Assembly: GCF_009914755.1 (NCBI RefSeq)
Contig: NC_060929.1
Length of the DNA stretch: 64,000 nucleotides
Direction: 5' to 3' (one strand)
Source of the DNA: the human T2T-CHM13v2.0 reference genome, Homo sapiens
The position numbers and the translations under genes were made by a program. Under the pieces are notes generated by a model. The model made no database searches. It was given only the letters and a program-made list of their open reading frames with translations, and was not told the origin of the DNA. Shown one piece after another: positions 26,981-42,335 of this stretch (positions within the stretch are counted from its first letter, which is position 1; every line of letters starts with the position of its first letter).

Positions 26981-27420
26981 TGTGATAAGCTGAATAATGA
27001 CCCTCACAGATGTCTATCCCCAATCCCTAGAACCTGTAAATATGTCACCCTAGATGAGAAAAGAAACTTTGCAAATAGGATTAAGCTAAGTATCTTGAGA
27101 TAGGTCAATTATCCTGAATTATTCTGGTGGACTTGATGTAATCACAAGTGTCCTTATAAGAGGAAGACAGGAGGGCAGAGAGAAGAGAAAGTGAAATAAC
27201 TACAAAATCAGAGACTGGAATGAGGAAGCCATGAGCCAAGGAATGCTTGGCAGCTGCTAGAAGCTGGAAGAGACAAGAAACAAATTCTTAACTGGAGCCT
27301 CCAGAAGGAACTAGCCCTGCCAACACCTTGATTTTAAATGTCTGACATCCAGTTATAAGAGAATAAGTCTGTATTTTTTCCAGCCACTAAGTTTGTGGTA
27401 CTTTGTTATACAAACTTAAT
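26981..27420 (+). mobile_element. MLT1D-like MaLR solo LTR
   Basis: tgtgataagctgaataatg start; gtaatcacaagtgtccttataagagg; gccaacaccttgatttta; gccactaagtttgtggta. Confidence 0.85.
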
Positions 27421-28214
27421 TAATATAATAGAAAAGTAAAATTTCATAGCAAGTTTTGTCACAGAAAGAAATTACCTCAGCAAAAGATCCTTTTGGGGAA
27501 GAAAAACACCTGATGTGAATTCAACAGTTTCAAGAAAGCCTTAAGTTCTTGATCTGTGTTGTGAAAAGAAACAGTATGGATTTTTGTAAGAAGAAATGCA
27601 GAAATGAAGATACATCTGGAATTTCCTGGCCTAACTTTACTGATTACAACACAGGCATACCAGAATGCCTTCCAATCTCTTTCCCTTTCCAGAAAACCAC
27701 CTTTGGAGAGCAGAAAATACCCACTTTAAAGCTTCCCCAATTTGCAAGGTGGATATTTAGAGACTCATGCCTGAGTCTAATAAAGAAATCACATTTGATC
27801 AGATCTCAGGCTCACACTTTCTTCCCCCTAAACAGAAGAAGGTATATGAATAATTCCCTAGTATACCAGAGGAATGACCATAAATTGTGTCTCCCTGCCA
27901 TGCAGTTGAATTACTCTAACCATATGAATATCTGTACAACATGTGTGAGCCAAATTCTTTGCACATAAGGAAAGGTATTTACTTTGCGATGAAGCCATAT
28001 TGAGCATTTACAATGCGCATCACAGGTTTTGCTAACTTGAAAAATGAAGACAACAGCTATCACAAATCTCCTTTTGAGAAAATAATGTGGGTATATTCAA
28101 CAATTATGGCTACATTTCAATTGAAATTAATTGCAGTTTTGCAGACATGAACAAATGTTGCTAACTTTATAGTGTCCCGGACCTAGAGGTTGAGCATGAT
28201 GATCATGTAAATAA

Positions 28215-28584
<370 letters not shown>

Positions 28585-29371
28585 TGATGGTCCTTTCTAA
28601 GGTAAATTTGTATATGTGCTTGAATAGACATAGTCATTATTGTAGCCCCCCTTTCCAGATTGAACAGAAATTAGAACAACTGAATTTATCAGGTAGTTTT
28701 CTTTAACATGCACTTGCTCTTCTTTGCTGACCCTTTTATCAAGAGTACCTTGTCTCTGCCTATATTAGAAGCATCTGTAATTTCCGTGACATGTGTGGTT
28801 CCGTCTCACTAGCTATGGCTCTTGTTGAAGCTACTACAAATTTCTAAGTTAGTTCAGCCAGAAGGTGCTGTTGGAGAACTGCATCATGAGTTCCAGTAAT
28901 AGACTGTTCTCAGTCACCCAAGAAATCCCCACAGGAGTGAGATCAGGTAGCTCTGAAACAGAAGCAGTTGTGTCCACATCTGGTGCATGTACATTTCTAA
29001 ATAGTGATAATAACTATGTAATCATTTAATTTCATTTTTTTAGTCCGAGACAGTGAGAGACACTACCGGGGCTTATATTTGAGCCCTACAGAATGTCAGA
29101 AGTTTAGTGGGGTCTTTAAGAGTTTAGAGGAAAACTTTTTCAGTCAATGCATATCAGAAAATGTGTGGACTGGCACCAGTCTCCACAGTCATATATTCAT
29201 TCAATGTATTTACCAGTAATGCTCGTCTTATTCTTGTTTGAAATATTACTTTTTATCACTAGCAGATATGGATAACAAATGGCTAAGAGCAAAACAGTCC
29301 AAAAGTGAACATGAAGTCAACATTTACTGATGCAAGATTAATTGATGGGTTTAGAAGGGAGACTAGTAAGT

Positions 29372-29565
29372 GTACTAGTTGTGTAACTTTGGATAATTTA
29401 CTTTAATTCTCTGAATCTTGTTTTCCTCATCTATAAAATGGAGATAAAATGTCAAATGTATAGGATTATATGGGATTATAAGGATTAAATTAAACAATAT
29501 ATGTAGTGTTGAGCACTGTGCCTTCCACATAGAAAACACTCAAAAATCATAAACGTTACTATTTA
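29372..29565 (+). mobile_element. MIRb SINE
   Basis: tactagttgtgtaactttggata...ttttcctcatctataaaatggagataa. Confidence 0.75.
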
Positions 29566-29654
29566 CAATAATATTAATAATATTTTACCATTTTAATTGT
29601 ACTGAATTCATCCCTAACAAAATTAAAAATTTTATTTTTATGACTTTATGAAAA

Positions 29655-30090
29655 GTCCAGTGATAGGGAGACCAGGACCAGCATACCAGCTACAGTGTCC
29701 TCAATATCCCAGGTTCCTACTATCTTTTCACTCAGACAGCCTTAGGATATGACTCTTGTCCTTCTGATTGCAAGATGGCTCCTTCTCCCTGCCCCACCTC
29801 TCCAGTATCATCACAACATTTCAGACCAAAAAAAAAAAAAAATTAAAGGGTTCGTGACCTTTTAAGCCTACCCCCTTTTTAAAGAGTTTTATAAGATGCC
29901 ACACCTGATGACTTCTGCATGTATCTCTTAGGCCAGAGCCATGTCACATGGCCGGCTTTAGCTTCAAAGAAGGCTGGAAAATGTAACTTTTTAACTGAGC
30001 ACATTGCCACCACCAACAAGATTGGAATTCTATTAGTGTACAAAATTGAATGAATTAATATTAGATAGGCAATCAATAGTCACTACTGTG
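29655..30090 (-). mobile_element. MLT1J-like MaLR LTR
   Basis: gcaagatggct; ggccagagccatgtcacatggcc; aaggctggaaaatgtaac; gagcacattgcc. Confidence 0.7.
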
Positions 30091-30579
30091 TCCTATAACC
30101 AGAGGAATCCAGATGTCACAAAACTATCAGAAAACCAAAGACCCCTCATATAGTTAACACTCTTTTACTTGACCTCTCTCTGACCTCAGAGAGACAATTT
30201 TTCATATTTTTGTGGCTTTCTTGTTAATTATTCCACTCCCCTTAAGGGACCCTTTCAATCTGATGGCCCATTAGCATTGAACTGTATGGTTCAAGCCCTG
30301 GTTCTCTTTAGAGTCCCTTGAAGAATTTTAGTCATTGATGTCTCGCTGTGCCTCTGGGTTCATATTTGCTGCTCCTTGTAAAATATCTCCATTTGAATTT
30401 CCTAAATTAAATGTGTCAAAATCACCTTCTATTACTCTCTTTCTACCAGACTGCTATCACCAGCACCCTCATTACAACAAATAATATGGCCTTTTATTTC
30501 TTAACTCTTGTAGTCTTTCTGTGTTTTGTTATATTTTGTTTTTAATCTTTTGCACGTAACCTCTCACCACGTCTATTAC

Positions 30580-31165
30580 CTCAGCCTCGTTCTGGACCCC
30601 TTCTTTTCCCTCTCCTTTTCTCCAACACCATACCAACTGCCAAGCTTACCACGTCTTTTTGCTAAAGCTCTTAGAGCTAGGCCCTTCTCACTTTCCCCAC
30701 TGTCCCCAGACTACACCAGGCAACCATTCTGTTCTGTCAAGAATACTACACTGCCACCTCCTTAGCTTCCTGCTTTTTTTCTTGCTTACCTCTAATCCAT
30801 TCTCTACACTCAGACAGAACAATCTTCCTAAAATACAAACTTCATCGTGGTGGTGTTCCCCTGCTTAAAAGTTTCCAAAGCCTCCCCAGCTCTCTTAGGA
30901 TAAAGTTCAAACTCCTTTACATGACATTAAAAAAAACCTACATAACCTCATTTTTCCCCACTCACAACCTCATCCTCTAAATTCCAGTTACATGAAATTT
31001 TAAAAATCTCTTCCAAAGCACCAAGTTCTTTACCTTAGAGCCTGTTCATAGTTCTTTCCTTCTTTCTGGGCCATTTCTCACCTTTCTTCTTCCTCTCCCC
31101 TTGTCTAACTCACACCCATCCTTTGAGATCCAGCTTATATGTCACTTTCTTCATGAAGCCAGTAG
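30580..31165 (+). mobile_element. L2c-like fragment
   Basis: aatccattctctacac...ccctgcttaaaagtttccaaagcctcccc...ggataaagttcaaactccttt. Confidence 0.7.
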
Positions 31166-31405
31166 CTGTGACCCTGACCAGATCCTAGTATCATTGTACC
31201 TGGGTGAACATTACTTCTTTCCAGCCTGATTTCTGATGTTCAGCAATTCCTTCATCAAAAAAATAAGTCTGACCTTAGTATTATTTTGGTGACTGCATAT
31301 AGTAAACTCTAGTGATTTCTAATTTGTCTCCCAAAAGTAGGAATAAACTTTAATTCACAGAAGTCAAAACTTTCATTTCCATTTGAGAAGTTTCCCTACA
31401 CATCC

Positions 31406-31551
31406 TTTTTATTTTATTTTACTTTAATTTCCAGGATACATGTGCAGAACGTGCAGGTTTGTTACATAGGTATACACGTGCCATGGTGTTTTGCTACACC
31501 TATCAACCCATCATCTAGGTTTGAAGCCCCACATTCATTAGGTATTTGTCC
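31406..31551 (-). mobile_element. Heavily 5'-truncated L1PA8-like insertion (~145 bp)
   Basis: ggatacatgtgcagaacgtgcaggtttgttacatagg...ctaggtttgaagcccc; approximate TSD ccctacacatcctttt / ccctatacatctttt. Confidence 0.88.
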
Positions 31552-34500
31552 CCCTATACATCTTTTCCAAGTTTGTCTGACTCAGGCAGGCAAACCCAGT
31601 GCTATTCATTGCATAGCTAAACTCCTCCCATTTCTGGATACTCTAGAATGTTTTATGTGTCTCAAGATGCTTTCCCCCACCTACTATCCTCAAACACTCC
31701 CCCTTCATTCTGATACTTCATAAGGCTTCCTTGTCCACTTAAAGAGTCCTTTAAGGGGTTGTAGATTAAGCGACAAAATCATTTCAGCACTGTAGGAATG
31801 CAAAATAGTAGATGGTTGCAACTATATGTTCATTTTCTTTTCTTCTTTTGATTTGTGGAGGGATTTTTCCCCCTCACTATAATTCATTAAAAGAAGGGAT
31901 CTTGTCTTTTACATATTTTATAATATAAAGTATATACTACTAAAGAGATCAGTAATAGTAATACAGTTCAATGTTCTAGCTCAGTTGTTTTGTTGAAATC
32001 CTTCTCAAAATTCAATTAATAACATGGCATATATCTACATGGCTGAGAATATTGTTGTTTTAATATGACTTGAGGGTTTTTTAGCTATTGGAAATGCTAC
32101 ACTTGTTTCTTAAGAAATATTTATGCAACCATGAAGTAGGAAACATGATAGCAATCAATTAACATAAGAATGGATAACAGGGAATGTAAGATTTATGATA
32201 AATGATGTATGAAAGAATGCTAAATTAGACTTGTTGTCAGGCACAATTAGAAGACAATTGTGATGTTTCTCGATGTCAGTATCTTAGATCTGACAAGGAT
32301 GAGCCACCTATATTAGCTGATATCATCTTAGCCAAAAAGCATACAGTTAAGCATAAGGAATTATGTAATGCTCTCAATAGATTTAAGGAAAATAATGAGC
32401 ACATTATATTTTAATATCTTATAAACTGCCAAATTATTAATGATCTGAAGAGATTATTTGTGCTTTTTCATTTAGAAGTTGTTCTGACTTTCATTAAATA
32501 TCTTCATGCAACAATGAAGCACTCTCTCTACTTCTCTGCTTTGCGTGTGTGGATTAATGGGAGGAATACCTGGAGAGATCTGATATACCCTCTCGCTGAA
32601 GGAACTAAATGGCTCCAAAATGAAGTAAGTATGGTGATGGGGTCAGGCCTTCAGAGGTGGAGTTAATGCTGAGAGAATGTTGAAAAGAAGAAAAGAGGAG
32701 ACAGTACTGACTCCTTCCCTAGCAAGTTATTATCTAAAGTTGCTCGCAAAAGTACTTCTAAATAAAAGCCAATAAAGTTCAGGATGTCTTGTTTTCTTCT
32801 AATTACTGTCGACCATGTTTTAATGCTTAGAGTTGTTAACAATATGAACCTAGACATATTTATAACTTGTGTGATTTTCCAAAAGCATGTATCAGCCATT
32901 TCAGAAAATGTAAAACAGACTGTTGGCAGATTTTTACACAATATTTTTAAAATATATTTCCTCTCTGATTCTTCCAGAAATTAAGTTCTCTTGGATATCA
33001 CTTTTCTTAGAAGTATTGAAATATTAAAATGTACTTCCTGAGAGTGTAAATTATAGATATTTATAAAGGAATACACTTAGTAATTTGATTAAATTACATT
33101 GCTAAAATTAATTTGAAGCTAGCAAAAATTATGAAACATTTTGCTATAGCAATTATGGAGAATTGTATGTATCCCTTGACAAGTTTTCAAGTTGAACAGA
33201 AATATCTGCCTTGTTAGAGATTTTTTAATGTCCTGGCTAAGTTTTCCTTAATTATTTCTCCCCTTCTGTCAGCTGTGTTATTGCCCTACTGGTTTAAAGG
33301 TTAAACAAAGTACTAGATCTGTCAAAGTGAGAGAAACCAACTGGTGAGCAGCTATCAGAAGGTAATCAGGGCTAATAGGTACATAATGGCTAGCAGGGTC
33401 CTGTTTGCACTCAGCTACATCACCACAGATGGAACATAATTTTCACTGATGTCCCTGTTAAAGAAAACATGCAGCAACCCAGACATTCTGTGGTTAAAAC
33501 CAAGCGGGTAGGCAGTTCCCATCCTCCTGCCCCCACCCCAGGATACAAAACTGACAAAACTCAAGCTCTGAAAAGACTAGAGTGACATGCATTTAAGTGG
33601 TAAAACTATTATTTCAGAACAGATATTGCAAACAATGCCCTTACCTGTGCTAATTTTTAAATTAGCAGAATTCCCACAAGAGACGTTGGTTTCTTTCATG
33701 GATACATGACAATGTAGTGTCTCGCACAGGCACTTTTCAAGCAGTATTGATTTAAACACCTGATTTAAGCAAAATAAATCACATAGAGGGAGATAAATAT
33801 GAAAGCTTAGATAAGCAGAGCTTGCAGGGTACTTGGGTCCTGAAATAATTCTTTCTGCATGTTTTTTTCTTTTTGTTGTTTATGATACATTTTCATAAAT
33901 TATTGCTTTTCCTAACCAACTAACAAACTAAGTGTAAGGTCTAAGTCTTATGAGCTGTTCCCTGGAAAAACATCTACACTGTAACTGCTGGCTGTGTGTG
34001 ATTTTACTGCTTCATCATTTTGACAATTATCTGTTGTGGCTTAAGTGCTTGCAAAGCTTAGTGTAAACAATAATGCAGGGCATTAAAGCATTTATTTACT
34101 GTGTGGTAAAACTAATTCTTCTTAGTAGTTCTTGCAATAGCTGACAGGAAATAAAATCTAAGATACATGCAAGAAACAACGGGCCGCTTACAGTAATAGT
34201 CTAATCTTTTGGAGGCCACTGAGTAAACCTAGAATAAAGGTTTATTTTTCAATTATATGTATCCATGCATCTTGGAGTTTAACATAATCTTCATGAATAA
34301 TAACAACACTACATGTGTCTTTGATTTAAATCAAGTAAGGTTGGTACAGACAGTTTCAGAACAGAGTTCAGAGTCTGCAGAACTCAGGAAACGGTAGCAC
34401 AGGCCTTCTCAGCACAGCCTGGGAGAGAATTTTTTGAGCTCGCCCTTTGGCTTACAAATCCCAGGAAACTTTGTTGAAATAAAATGATCTAAACAAATCA

Positions 34501-37500
34501 GGAGCCAAAACAGGGACTAAGAGGAGAAATGTCTAACAGTACCAACTCTCCCATCCCATCCCATCCCACCACATTTTGGGGGTTACTGAAAAACATGCAA
34601 ATTAAAGCTGCAGTAGCTTTCATTTGTCAGCTCGCTTTCTTAGCTTCAGATTGTTCTCCAAGTCAACAGGTTTCCAAGAGTCGTGTTTCCAGCATAAACA
34701 TTACTATTCATTTTTGTGTTGAATTTTATAATGGAATTGGAACCCTAAGGTTCTCTCTTACCCGTTAAGGAGAATTTTTTTTTTTTATGGATTTTGTTCT
34801 GTTGTGTTTCCCAGATGCTTCCACCTGGTTTGGAACCTGACTTAAATGAGCCCTTCCAAGCATCCTCAAAAGAAGTTCAAGATCTTTATCTCATGGAAGG
34901 GTTTGAGTTTTTCTTTTGTAGAGTCATCGACAATTCTCCCTCATCAGATCAAAACTCCAAAACATCCAATGACAGGTTGATTTTTCAATTTTATACTTCA
35001 TTTACACAACATACATTTTTTAGATCTGATTAGAATTCACACACAAAGAATTCATTATGGGTGCATTACAGGCAAGTTTTAAACAATATTATCTTGCAAA
35101 AAAGAAATCTGCTTCTTATCTTCCTCAGGTTAAAAAGAAAATCTAGATTTAAAAAGACTGCTAAGTATGGCTACCTTATTCATTGTTACCGATAGACTAT
35201 GCACAGGTGTTCATCTCCCCCATCAGTGTGTGGAGGGGTGTGCTTTCATGTGGCAGGTGCACGCCTATGAAGGACAGTCCTAAAATTTAGGAAGAATAAA
35301 AAAAAATTCTGCAAGATGGGCTAGAAAGGGCATCAAAAATCTGTCTACTGTCTCACACAGGAGGCTATTTGGTGCATGAAATCCCCACACACTTTAGAGG
35401 GTATGGCCATAATCTTTGGAGAGCTAATGATGCCATTCAAATATATGTTCTCTGTGGAATCCATCACCCATTTTCACCTTGACATGAATTAGTTTATTAG
35501 TTGCATGGTTCTGAGGAAATGGAATAAAGATAAGGATGCTAGGAAAGGTCAAGAGAAGGAGGTTTTTTTCCAAGAGGAATTGGCTTGATTGCACCATCTC
35601 ACTGGAGAGGGCATGCAGGGGCTCCACACATAGGAACAAATTGAGTCTAGATTTGAGAAAGGAGTGTAGAGTAAAATGAGGCAATGATTTACCAAAAACA
35701 AATTCCCCTACTTCATAATTTTCCCTATAATTATGTATAGCTTTTTCTTCTCTCTTCCCTTCTGCATATGTATCAATCTAGATACATACATACACTAGTG
35801 AGACAATAAACCCATAAATATTTGTATTTTCACAATATTTTTATTTTCATGATTGCTATTTGCAAATATATTTCTTGATTATATCTGTGAAGTAATTTAT
35901 ATGCAAATAGCAGTAACATTATATAGGCCAACCTGTCTATTTCTCTTCTAAAATAATATACAAGTTTATTCCTAGCTCTCTTTTTTTTAAGAAAGAAATC
36001 AGTTATTAATATGTGGATGTGCCCTTATTGACATGAACTAAAGTTTTACAAAAGATGGTAAGTTAAACAAGTAATACATCCTGATTTAATTACAATTACT
36101 GATTTTCAGTAAACACTATTTAGTGACAGTGACTTTTTTCTTAAAAGGTATCTCAGATATTTATTTATGAATATTAAACTCTTTGTTAGGAGAAACATGT
36201 ATTAGACCATTTTAGGAGTTTATTTATTAAGATATTATAGCTATTGATGGCAACCTACTTTTGGTAACAGTTTTTTATTTTAAAATATATGAAAGCATTT
36301 TGAAGTTTTCATCTTCCCAAAAAATCTTTACTATCTCTCCTGAAAGATTTAAATAGGGAAAACCTCCTGACTTCTCAAACTCAGGGGTGAGAAAGGACAA
36401 TGATAGGTTAGTTATTAGGTAGTTTTCACTAGTGACAATTGCAATGAAACCATGCATATCACAATTTATAATTTCACTGAATTTTACTCACTTGCACAAC
36501 TCTGCAGTGTTTTCAAAAACAGGAATCCCATTAAACACACCGACAATATAATTTTAATACCTACTCAGGGGCTACATTATAGGTTATGAAATTCATTAAG
36601 AAAAATTGACACTCACTTTTGGGGATTTTGTTCTTTTTTTTTCTGGACATAAGTTCTGAAGGAGAAGGAGAAGCAAAATAGGAGTGTTAATCATAAAATC
36701 AGTTCAGTATGTTTCATAGATAAGTCTCTCCAGAATATTGGTCAGTTTATAACAGTTAAACATCAAAAGATCTGAGCCTTAAGTACAGAGACCCCAGAGC
36801 GAAAGAGCTGAAGTTATAAATGGAATAGCTCGCATGTATCAAACATAAGAAAAAAAGAGAAGAAACAGCTTTTATGTAACAAAGTAGAAAAGGTTTTATT
36901 TATTTATTTTTAAATGGCCTTTTGTCCTTTTTCTTTTTTTTTTTATAATGTTCTCATTGGCATTACCCTTGAACAGGCTTGGGAAAATGTTGTTGTCACT
37001 GAGAAAAAAAATTTTTTTTGCCACCTGTAAGCCATTAGGCCTGGAATGAAAATCAAGCCTGAAAGCTGCCAGTGGCTCTACGTTTAATTTTAAATGAGAG
37101 GGGGGAACAAGTCAGAGGCAGAGAGTGACTCTATGAGTCCAAGACCCAAAACAGAACATTTGGGACTCCATGCATTTAATCAGTGCCACCATGTTGCTTG
37201 AGCCTACACCTGCAGAATGTGTTGTCTTTGTCATTTGTTCTCGTGGAGAATAAATGGAACTTCTGGAAGTGAAGCTTCAGGGATTGGAAGCATAATACAA
37301 TAGTAAAATTAATATTTAATCAACAAAAACATAACTATATCAACTGTTTTCAGGATGAGAATAATCCTAAATTTAGAAAAATACCCCAATTTGCCATCTC
37401 CCATCATTCAAGTTAAAATTTTCTGAATCAAATTTTCCACAATTTTTTTTCTAGCAGATTGGTATGGTATGGTAAGGGGAGGTAGAGTCTAATGGTAGAA

Positions 37501-38253
37501 TTTTGATAGCTTCTGGAATGCTGAGTTTCTATGTGTGATAATTGCCCTTTCATCAAGTATAATTGCTCATGACTAGAAAAACAGTAAAAAGACTACTGTA
37601 TAAAACATTCATATAGAAATTAAAACAAGTCAGAGCAAAGAGCAATTTTGTAGCTTCTCTTGTGTCAAGCACTTCAAAAATTGCATTTGCACTTTAATTC
37701 TACCTCAGTTGCATTTAGAAATTATGAAATCAGCTTCCAGCTGTCCTTATTATCTAGCATGGGGTCTCAGAGGTGTCTTAACAAAATGAATGTTAAACCC
37801 TGTTAAGTGCATTGTGGGAAATTGATCCAAATTAAATGCCTCTATTAAGCAATGACCAATGTATTCATTGTAACACTCTCAAATTTGTTAATGAAAACTT
37901 TAAAAATGCTTACAAATATTCTGGTATTTTTTGACTCATTTGTCGAGAAATAATTCCAAGATTTGGTCCTTGTTCATAGTACATAACATATTTAGAAGAA
38001 CTAACACCCTCATTTAATGTAAAATATCCAACATTCAGTAAAAGTGCAGTGTATTAGTAGAGCCGATAGCTACAACCAATATGTTTCTTCCTCTATTTCT
38101 CAAATCCTTTCCAAACAGACACAATGGTCTTCAATTTTTCCCTTTTTATCTCCTACAAAACATTTCTTCATCATCAGTTATTCACCTATATGTTGGTATC
38201 TTCTTCATCTCACTGGCTCATTCCCCTATAAGTAAAAACTGATTTCTTTCTTT

Positions 38254-38602
38254 CAAAGAATTGAAAACAGGTATTCAAACAAATATTTGTAAGCAAATTT
38301 TTATAACAGCAAAATTCACACTAGCCAAAATGTGGAAAAAACCCACATGTCTATCCACTGATTAATGGATAAACAAAATGCAGTGTGCCAACAGAATGGA
38401 TATAATACTCAATTCTAAAAATGAATAAAGTGCTGATATGTGCTATACATGGATAAACCTCAAAAACAGTATGCTAAGTGAAAGAAATCAGACACATATG
38501 ATTCCATTTATAAGAAATATCCAGAATAGGTAAATCCATGGACAGAAAGGAAATTAATGGTTTCCAGGGCCTGGGGTAGGGAGTGGGGGAAATAGGGAGC
38601 AG
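38254..38602 (+). mobile_element. L1MB-type 3' fragment
   Basis: gaattgaaaacaggtattcaaac...atgctaagtgaaagaaatcagacac...atgattccattta. Confidence 0.85.
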
Positions 38603-38669
38603 TCATTATGTTTTATCAATTGAGTCCTACTCACCAAATCCCCAAGAACATCCTTTCCATCTTTAGTTC

Positions 38670-40538
<1,869 letters not shown>

Positions 40539-42139
40539 TGTATGTGTGTATACATACATGTATTTATTTACATATATACATATATATAATACATTGAATA
40601 TGAAAGTAAATTTGATTATATTTGATTTAAAGTATATTTGTAATTTAATACATCTGTGAATTTCCAAGTAAATGTTACACATTCTGAAGTAGTTATTAAA
40701 GAATTCACACTATGGACAGATGGTAAAGAATAACTGAGAATCCTGAAGGATACATATGCGCTCACACATTCTCCTTCATTCTCTCTGCCTCACTTATGCC
40801 TTCCTGGCCTCACCAAGCCTGTCACTTTTCATCTTCCCACTCTGCCAATTCCCATGATCAGAGAAGGCAAACTGAAAAGGGTGCCATTGGAGGGGGTAAT
40901 GGGTACAGAAGGGCCATGTAGTCTCAGAGGCTTGGAAAGAATGCTGTTCTATATAATAAAAAGCAAGTTTTGTGAAAACCACTCCTATCCACCAAACCTG
41001 ACAGTTAATGAATTTCCTGATGCCCATGCCTCATGTCAGATTGAGATACGTAGGAAAAGTAAAGCTCTCCAGTTTTCTCATCTTACCTGGGACTGTTATC
41101 ATATGGAAGTGCATGTTTGTTCTTCCAAGTAGCACCTTTAGAGAGAGTGGTAGCTTTTGTTTGTTTTTCTACCTATGACACTTTATTAGTCACAAAATAG
41201 TTGTTAATGATAAAAATGTAAACAAAGCCATATGCCTTGATAATGTTGCAGTATCATCCCAAATCTCTGAATTCAAGGGAGTCCTCTTTTTGTTTTCAAA
41301 TAATGAATATCATGATAGTCATTATAGATGATAAAAACATCCAAGGAGAAATATGAATGTTTTGAGAGAATAAAGTTTGGAACTACATAAAATACACCAG
41401 GAAAATAAAAACTCCTAATTAGAGGCTGGTAATCAATAGTTTTAAATCTGTAATTTAGATATCAAAATATCTAAAATCATCTAGATTTGAAAACCCAAGG
41501 ATTATTGTGGGAGATGAAAACCAAGCTAACATAATCAAAGTATCAGATATTTACAAAAACACTTGATCACCAATTGATTTGTTATTAATGTACTATATTC
41601 ATAGAGGAAGAGCTCAAATATTTAATACTGCTGATCAGAAGAAAAACAAACATCTAGAATAAAAGTATAAATATCCAAACCACTGTCTTGGGAAGCAATT
41701 TAGAAAAGTAAGGCATAATTACTTGAATTATTCAGTTTTCAAGTCACTCTTAATTACTGTCAACACAAATTAATATGTTCTCATTTGTCTTCACATTTAA
41801 ATAATAACATCAATAATAATGACAAACTCAGAAAGACTCATGGCACCTGCTCTCTCAAATCTGATGTTGCCCTGAAGAGGCCAATTCATACCTGTAGGCC
41901 ACCTGTGGATAGGACCATAGATCAAGGTGGCATAACTACTAAATAAGTTCCCCAAATGAGGCTATTGAAACAAAGAATAAAAGCAATAAAACTAGATTTA
42001 TTTCTGGGCAGAGAGAATGGAAAGCAGGAGGGAGATGTTGTGAAACTGAATTTCAGGTAAACCTATTATAGATGAGGGGACTTGTTAGCACTGTGATCTT
42101 TCCTCATACCCTATGTCCTTAACTTCTATTAGTGTGAAC

Positions 42140-42335
42140 ATTCCAGTTCTTTAAAATACAGCCATATCATTTTTTCAAGATTAATACATAAAAGAGTAAA
42201 AGATTACTCCTGGGCTAGGATCCTGTATGCTAAGTTTCAGCCTGGAGCACATTTTTATAGCTGAGTTATAAACCTTTGAAAATAGGTGTTTAGAATGGAA
42301 ATGTTAAGAGACTCCTAACTGTAGTGGCACAAATA
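42140..42335. mobile_element. Probable MER121 ancient repeat (partial)
   Basis: Reverse complement tttccattctaaacacctattttcaaaggtttataactcagctataaaaatgtgctccaggctgaaacttagcataca closely resembles the MER121 consensus as I recall it. Confidence 0.6.

Noticed and set aside
27549-27968. 139-aa ORF in unique sequence
   Set aside because: Non-ATG start, no recognisable family, no convincing splice context; expected by chance in 64 kb
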